The notes under the pieces were generated by a model, which was given only the letters and a program-made list of their open reading frames with translations, was not told the DNA's origin and searched no databases. Shown here one piece after another: positions 56,029-64,000 of a stretch of DNA of 64,000 nucleotides. The stretch is taken from NCBI RefSeq assembly GCF_009914755.1, contig NC_060928.1. One strand, given 5' to 3'. Each line of letters begins with the position of its first letter. Position 1 is the stretch's first letter. The position numbers and the translations under genes were made by a program. Source of the stretch: the human T2T-CHM13v2.0 reference genome, Homo sapiens.

Positions 56029-56361
56029 CTAAGCCAAGAAGATCTGGGAAGGAGTCAGAGAGCCTTGGGCCAGAGTTCCAGGGGCTCTGGGAGTGGCTGC
56101 CAGGTGAGTTGGACAGTCTGATTTCCAGTGGGGTCCCGCACAGATAGGACGCGGCTTAGGAGGAATCCTGGGCTGCAGGCATTCCTCGGCCTGGTGGCCA
56201 GATTTCTGGCAATTATAGGAAGCTCCTGGGGGAGGAGGTTCTGGAGGAATGCGTGGCTGCTGCGATTCAGGCATCTGGAAGTTCTTGTGTGCTGGAGATG
56301 TGGCTGGGGTTTGTCTCACAGTGGAGGCAAGGAATTGCAACTTTTTTCTATTATTGTACAC
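56029..56361 (-). pseudogene. gag: HERV-H gag nucleocapsid fragment
   Basis: Degenerate zinc knuckles SYNCQKSGHQAEEC and RPICAGPHWKSDC. Confidence 0.85.
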
Positions 56362-57948
56362 CTTGAAGGTGAGGTTAATTAAATCCTGTTGTGGGGTTTG
56401 AGGGACGGAATTTAATTTTTGGAGTTTTATTTAATGTCGGGAGCAGATTGGGTAATAAAATGTATTTTGAGAATAAGACGGCCTTTTGACCTTTTAGGGT
56501 CTAGGGCTGTAAAATGTCTCAGGGTTGCTGCCAAATGAGTCATGAACTGGGCTGGGTTTCTATATTTGATGAAAAAGAGCCTAAACACTATCTGATTTGG
56601 GACAAAGAAAAAGGAGCATTAATCTTGATTATGCCTTTAGCTCCAGCCACCTTTTTAAGAGTACATTGCTGGGCAGGTGGGGGAGGGCTAGTCACGGAAT
56701 GAAACTGTAAGCCGGACCGGGTGTGAGGAGGGGAGGTGATAAAAGGATTATAGGGTGGAGGAGCGGAGGCTGAGGAAGAATTGGGACCTAGCTCGGCCTG
56801 GCAAGGAGCAGCCTGGGGAGGAGGGGAGAGGTCAGATGGGTCTGTAGAAAAGGAAGATTAGAAAGACTCAGCAACGCTTGGGGTTGGGATGAGGGGACAG
56901 GTGGGAGGGAAAGAAGGAAGATTTGGGATGAGTTGCATTGGGAACAGAGACTAGAGAGGGACCGATGTGTAAAAGAATGCCTGGACATCAGGCACCTCAG
57001 ACCATTTGCCCATTTTATGACAAGAATTATTTAGATCTTGTAGGATGGGAAAATTGAAAGTGCCATTTTCTGGCTATTTGGAACTACTGTCGAGTTTGTA
57101 TTGGGGTCAAGTGGCATTGCAGAAGAAAATAAGATGCTTAGATTTTAGGTCAGGTGAGAGTTGAAGAGGTTTTAAGTTTTTGAGGACACAGGCTAAGGGA
57201 GAAGAAGGAGGAATGGAGGGTGGAAGGTCGCCCATAGTGAAGGAAGCAAGCCTAGAGAAAAGAGAGAGTAGAGACATGGACGGAAGGGGTTCGTGGGTTT
57301 TTACCTTCCAGAAAAGTGGGAAAGGGGTTGAGGCATGGAAATAAGGGATTGGGGCACAGAGATACGAGGTTGGGGTACTTGCCCCTCCTCTAGAAATGTA
57401 GGACTTGCGGCTCAGGGTGAAGGAGAAGGGGTTGGGGGTTTCTTGCCCCCCAGAAAGGCGGAGAAGGTGTAGAGACACAGAGAGAAGGGTTTGGGGTACT
57501 TGTCCCTTCCCCAGAAAAGAGGGACTTGCTGCTAAGGACCAAGGCAGGCATCCCTGCGTGGTCTGACACCTTTGAAACCTGGGTGAATAATCAGAGAGGC
57601 ATCCCTGCAATGATTAAACACCAAGGGAAGGCTGCCTTTCCTAGTCCGTGACCAGCGCTGGAGTTTTGGGTCCACGGATAAAACGTGTCTCCTTTGTCTC
57701 TACCAGAATATGAAAGGAATTGAAATTAAGAGAAGGGAGAGATTGAAGGGTGGAAAGGAGAAAGTGGTTGAGGGATAGTGAGAGAGGTTGGAGAAGAGAG
57801 TAAGAAGAGGCCGCTTACCCGATTTAAAATTGGTGAGATGTTCCTTGGGCTGGTGGGTCTGAGGACCTGAGGTCGTACGTAGGTGGATCTTTTTCACAGA
57901 GCAAAGAACAGGAGGACAGGGGATTGATCTCCCAAGGGAGGTCCCCTG

Positions 57949-57966
57949 ATCCGAGTCATGGCACCA
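57949..57966 (-). promoter_or_regulatory. Primer binding site, tRNA-His
   Basis: Minus strand tggtgccatgactcggat immediately after the 5' LTR. Confidence 0.9.
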
Positions 57967-57968
57967 AA

Positions 57969-58321
57969 TTTCACTCGCGTCCGTGTGAAGAGACCACCAA
58001 ACAGGCTTTGTGTGAGCAACATGGCTGTTTATTTCACCTGGGTGCAGGCGGGCTGAGTCCAAAAAGAGAGTCAGCGAAGGGAGATAGGGGTGAGGCCGTT
58101 TTATAGGATTTGGGTAGATAAAGGAAAATTACAGTCAAAGGGGGTTGTTCTCTGGTGGGCAGAGTGGGGGTCACAATGTGCTCAGTAGGGGAGCTTTTGA
58201 GCCAGGATGAGCCAGGAGAAGGAATTTCACAAGACAATGTCATCAGTTAAGGCAGGAACAGGCCATTTTCACTTCTTTTGTGGTGGAATGTCATGAGTTA
58301 AGGCAGGAACGGGTCATCTGG
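57969..58321 (-). mobile_element. HERV-H 5' LTR (LTR7), missing the outer ~59 bp of U3
   Basis: Aligns to the 3' LTR up to catctgg, then diverges; no tgtcagg terminus and no TSD. Confidence 0.92.
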
Positions 58322-58477
58322 CTCACCACAGCCACTGACATTATTACAGTACAAGCCACCATCTCTCTCCTGAACTTCTATTAGATTGAACTACGTAGCA
58401 TTGCTGCTATTTTATAATTGTTGAGCTACCAAATGGCATACATGTACATACCTGTACATGGCACACATACTGGGTTC

Positions 58478-58540
58478 ACACCATTGCATTCCAGCCTGGG
58501 CAACAAGAGCGAAACTCTATCTCAAAAAAAAAAAAAAAAA
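58478..58540 (+). mobile_element. Alu 3' terminal fragment
   Basis: ccattgcattccagcctgggcaacaagagcgaaactctatctc followed by poly-A. Confidence 0.85.
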
Positions 58541-58649
58541 GAATTACATTTTGAGCATGAGTTTTTCATTTTTTATTCTTTTCACTCATTCATCCTTCAG
58601 AGAGTATACACAATGCCTATACAACAGAACAAGTAACAAATGGAGGCTA

Positions 58650-60707
<2,058 letters not shown>

Positions 60708-60750
<43 letters not shown>
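60708..60750. repeat. (TA)n microsatellite
   Basis: Perfect TA run. Confidence 0.95.
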
Positions 60751-60753
<3 letters not shown>

Positions 60754-61036
60754 AATCTGAACTCAAGCCATTCTCAGACTTTATCTCTGCCAGGACTTTT
60801 CCTTCCTTTTTCTAGCTAAACTCCAGAGCTATATTGATTTGGCTTTAATTTACCAAGGATACAATGTTACTGCAAGTCTTAGCATCATATTCCCTGTTCT
60901 TTTATTATTGGTTCTACTACTACCAAAAGTAGTACTAACACTACAGCACACTGAAAATTCCTTTAAGTTTCTTAATCAATGCAAAGGTATTGGGAAGCAA
61001 ACACGTATGTTCTTTTCTTACCCATAGGAAGTAGAG

Positions 61037-61400
61037 CAGGGGTCTGCAACCCCCAGGCCATAGATGGATACCGGTCCATGCCCTGTTAGGAGGTGGGCCA
61101 CACAGCAGGAAATCAACAGCAGGCAAGTGAGCATTACCGCCTGAGCTCTACCTGAGCTCTGCCTGAGCTCTGATCCTATGAGATCAGCAGGTGCACTAGA
61201 TTCTTATAGGGGCCTGAATTCTATTGTAAACTGCACATGTGAGGATGTAGATTGCCCACACCTTATGAGAATCTAATTAATGCCTGATGATTTGAGGTGG
61301 AAAAGTTTCATTCTGATATCATTGCCCACCACACCCTGCCTGTGGAAAAATTGTTTTCCACAGAACGGGTCCCTGGTGCCAAAAATGTTGGGGACCAGGG
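61037..61400 (+). mobile_element. MER1B-like hAT-Charlie MITE
   Basis: caggggtctgcaacccc ... ggtccctggtgccaaaaatgttggggacc termini. Confidence 0.85.
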
Positions 61401-61999
61401 CCATAGAGGATGGCTTCTAAACATTTTGTTTATTAAGAGTCTTGCATCCATTAAAGAAGAAAAAATCTTTTTCATGTAGGGTGAATATGATTACAGGTAT
61501 AAATATGTATATATGAAATAGATGATACTCTGTTTCAAGTAAAAAATAAAAAGGGGCACTTTTTTTTCCTAAGTAAAATAAATCTCTTTAAGTTTTAATA
61601 CAAAACCATTTTTTAAAAGCTAAAATTAAGGCAAAGACTTTCTGAATTGTTTTTAAACTTTTATCTTGTTTAGCAAGATCATTTTAAAATTACGACGTGT
61701 GTGTGACTGTATCTTTTTACATCTGCTATGCTCTCAGTCTTTATATTGCATGTTTAACACAGGCTCCATTGTTGAGATATAATTTACACTCTGAAGGACC
61801 ATGAGACAATAATCCTTGCCTACATTTTAATTGGAATTTAATTACATTAAGTAGCCTGTTTATTAAAATATCTGTTCTTAAAAAGATTCTACAATAATCC
61901 CTTCTCATTCAATTTATAATCAAATTTGAGGCTATTATTTATTTCAGAGTTTTGTCATATCAGCAGTACTAATCTAGATGATAGATTAAATTTGGGTCT

Positions 62000-62185
62000 G
62001 TATGTGCATCAGAATTATTTATGCATGGGTTTGTGTATCTCAATTATGTGTACATATATTTCAGAATTATACACGTATAATGTGTATGTGCATGTGTATA
62101 TCAGAATTCTATATGTATATGTGTTTCTATCAGAACTATATGTGCATATCAAAAATATGTAGGTATCAGATATATATTAGAATTT
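62000..62185. repeat. Degenerate minisatellite (tcagaatt anchor with TA/TG-rich spacers)
   Basis: About 8 variants of atcagaatt separated by variable purine-pyrimidine tracts. Confidence 0.7.
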
Positions 62186-63117
62186 TCTCATGCTTAATTT
62201 TTATTGCATATTTTTTCAAATAACAATTTCTGAATAGTAATAATATATCTTCATTTTTCTATATATAAATTTAAACACCATGTCTAGTAATTTCCCCAAA
62301 GGTCAGAAGACAAGTTCTTAATCAAATCTGGCTTTTGCCATTTAAGATTTACATTTAGTCCATTCAGGAAGAACTGTTGTTTCCTCTCTGTCATCAATGA
62401 TCATACGCATGTGTTTGGTGGTGGTTCTAGAACAGTTTCTATTTTAAGCCTGTTGTCTGGAATAATTATTATTATTCCCCCTTCTTACTCTTAAATATTC
62501 CTGTGTTTGAATAATAATGTAAGTGGTCTTCAGCCTCTAGCAGCATTTTATTTGTAAGGTTTATGCATCACCATGTCATCAGGAGTAGATACCTAGCCTC
62601 TGTCAACTCATCACCATGCACCTACTGAGATATAAGCCATATCTTTCTCACTCTGATTTTATCCACCTAGATTTCCTGGAGTACTACTCCAGTGACTCTT
62701 TTGTCCAGTCACTGGTCTGGGCAAACTAAACTGTCTTCTTTCAGACAACAAAGTTTCCATAAATCTGTTGGCTTTTTCAATCATTTTTTATTCCTCTCTG
62801 GCATATGTGAAAATTTGGATCTTCCCTTAAGACTCTCTCAAATTATAGGAAAATGGGGATAAAAAGTAGCACTATGACTCTCTCTGCTTAGACCCATGAT
62901 GCCACCCCTTGTACTCTATGAGCCTATCCTATTATGAATAGGTGCACAGAAAATATTTACTTTCAAAATCTCGCCTTGGAGGTTAGTATATTTCTTCTCA
63001 GTGTTTGGATTACTGACCTTACCTGGAAGTTGATTTTTCTCCCCATCCAGCACTAGACCTCTAGGTAGAATTGGGCACAGAGTCCTCATCACTGAATCAA
63101 AATATCTTGTAGCCTAT

Positions 63118-64000
63118 TGATAGCAGCAGGAGACAGATGAATTCTGAGACAGACAGGGATGGGTCTCCAGTGAAACCTGACCTTCAAGCCAAAGACAATT
63201 TAAAGTCTGAAAGCTGAGCTGCCAGTTCCAGATGGAGTCCATGACTGGAGTGAGAACTTCCTTGATGCCTTTTAGCCAATTGAACGGTGCTTTTTCCAGG
63301 CCCGTATGGACAATTCAGCACACACTTACCCATTATGAGCCCATAAAAACCCAGGACTCAGCCTCGCAGATGGCTACCTGCTTTTGAGCCCCCTCTCAAA
63401 CAGAAGGATACCCACTCTGGGTCCCTTCTTATGTTGAAAGCTTTTCTGTCACTCGATAAAAATCTTCTCTGCCTTGGTCACTCTCTGGTATTCATGTACC
63501 TCAGTCTTCGTGGTCATGGGACAAGAACCCAGAACCCGCTGAGCTGTAACACTATTACCTTCCCTCTGGCTCTTGTTTAACAGGGGAGAAAAAGCTGCTG
63601 GGTGCCACATGCTCTCGCTGGCCAAGCTGTGGGCAGTGGAACTGAATGAGATGTGATACTTCCTGGGGACTCAGACCTCTGTACTTCTCACACAAAAGGT
63701 GTTAACGCTCCTTGAAGCTCAGCAGTTGCTGGCATCTCCAAGTTTTTGGGTGATGCAGCATCCCCCTCATCCACACACTGGGACCCAAGGCAGAAGCCAG
63801 TCGCAACACACCTGGACTAGCCGCAGGTTGAGCGCAAAGCCACTGCAGGCACAGAATCCTGGCTGATAGTGCGAGCAGCAGAGCACAGCATGCCAGGCTG
63901 AGTGGGTGGAGTGAGCCCAGCTGGCTTGAGCAAAGCCTGGGCAGAGGCACTGCCAGCCATGGAGAATTCCAGTTGGCAAAGTGGCACCAAAGAACCCCAT
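63118..64000 (+). mobile_element. ERV1 LTR (LTR27/LTR28/MER52 group), runs off the window end
   Basis: tgatagcagcaggagacag...tgaaacctgaccttcaagcc; CCAAT and cataaaa promoter-like motifs. Confidence 0.75.

Larger units (their letters stand above)
53199..57968 (-). mobile_element. HERV-H internal region (common deleted, env-less form)
   Basis: Leader and degenerate gag/pro/pol between two LTR7s; about 4.8 kb. Confidence 0.93.

Noticed and set aside
55052-57610. Coding-competent HERV-H gag/pro/pol
   Set aside because: Fragmented, the protease catalytic Asp is lost (NTEA), and large deletions typical of non-coding HERV-H are present.
62000-62185. CRISPR-like repeat-spacer pattern
   Set aside because: The anchor is only ~8 bp, spacers are low-complexity and similar to one another, there are no cas genes, and the context is primate.

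Overview
AT-rich, repeat-dense primate (human-like) genomic DNA, most likely a gene desert or large intron. I see no intact cellular protein-coding exon, and nearly all ORFs in the supplied track fall inside Alu, L1 or ERV sequence. Main contents: many L1 fragments (two with 5'-inversion/twin-priming architecture); about 15 Alu/FLAM copies; Tigger and hAT MITEs; several solo LTRs; a HERV-L 3' half nested in a MER47-type MITE; a two-LTR Harlequin/HERV-E-type provirus (27471-33616, PBS-Glu, ATGT TSD) with strong G-to-A hypermutation; a HERV-H/LTR7 provirus on the minus strand (52790-58321) with a clipped 5' LTR; and a tailless 5'-half tRNA-Cys retrocopy with a 20-bp TSD. I cannot support a wholly new biological system. 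The most interesting signals are records of retrotransposition mechanism, restriction-factor editing and LTR promoter evolution. Repeat subfamily names come from recalled consensus sequences and need RepeatMasker/Dfam confirmation.
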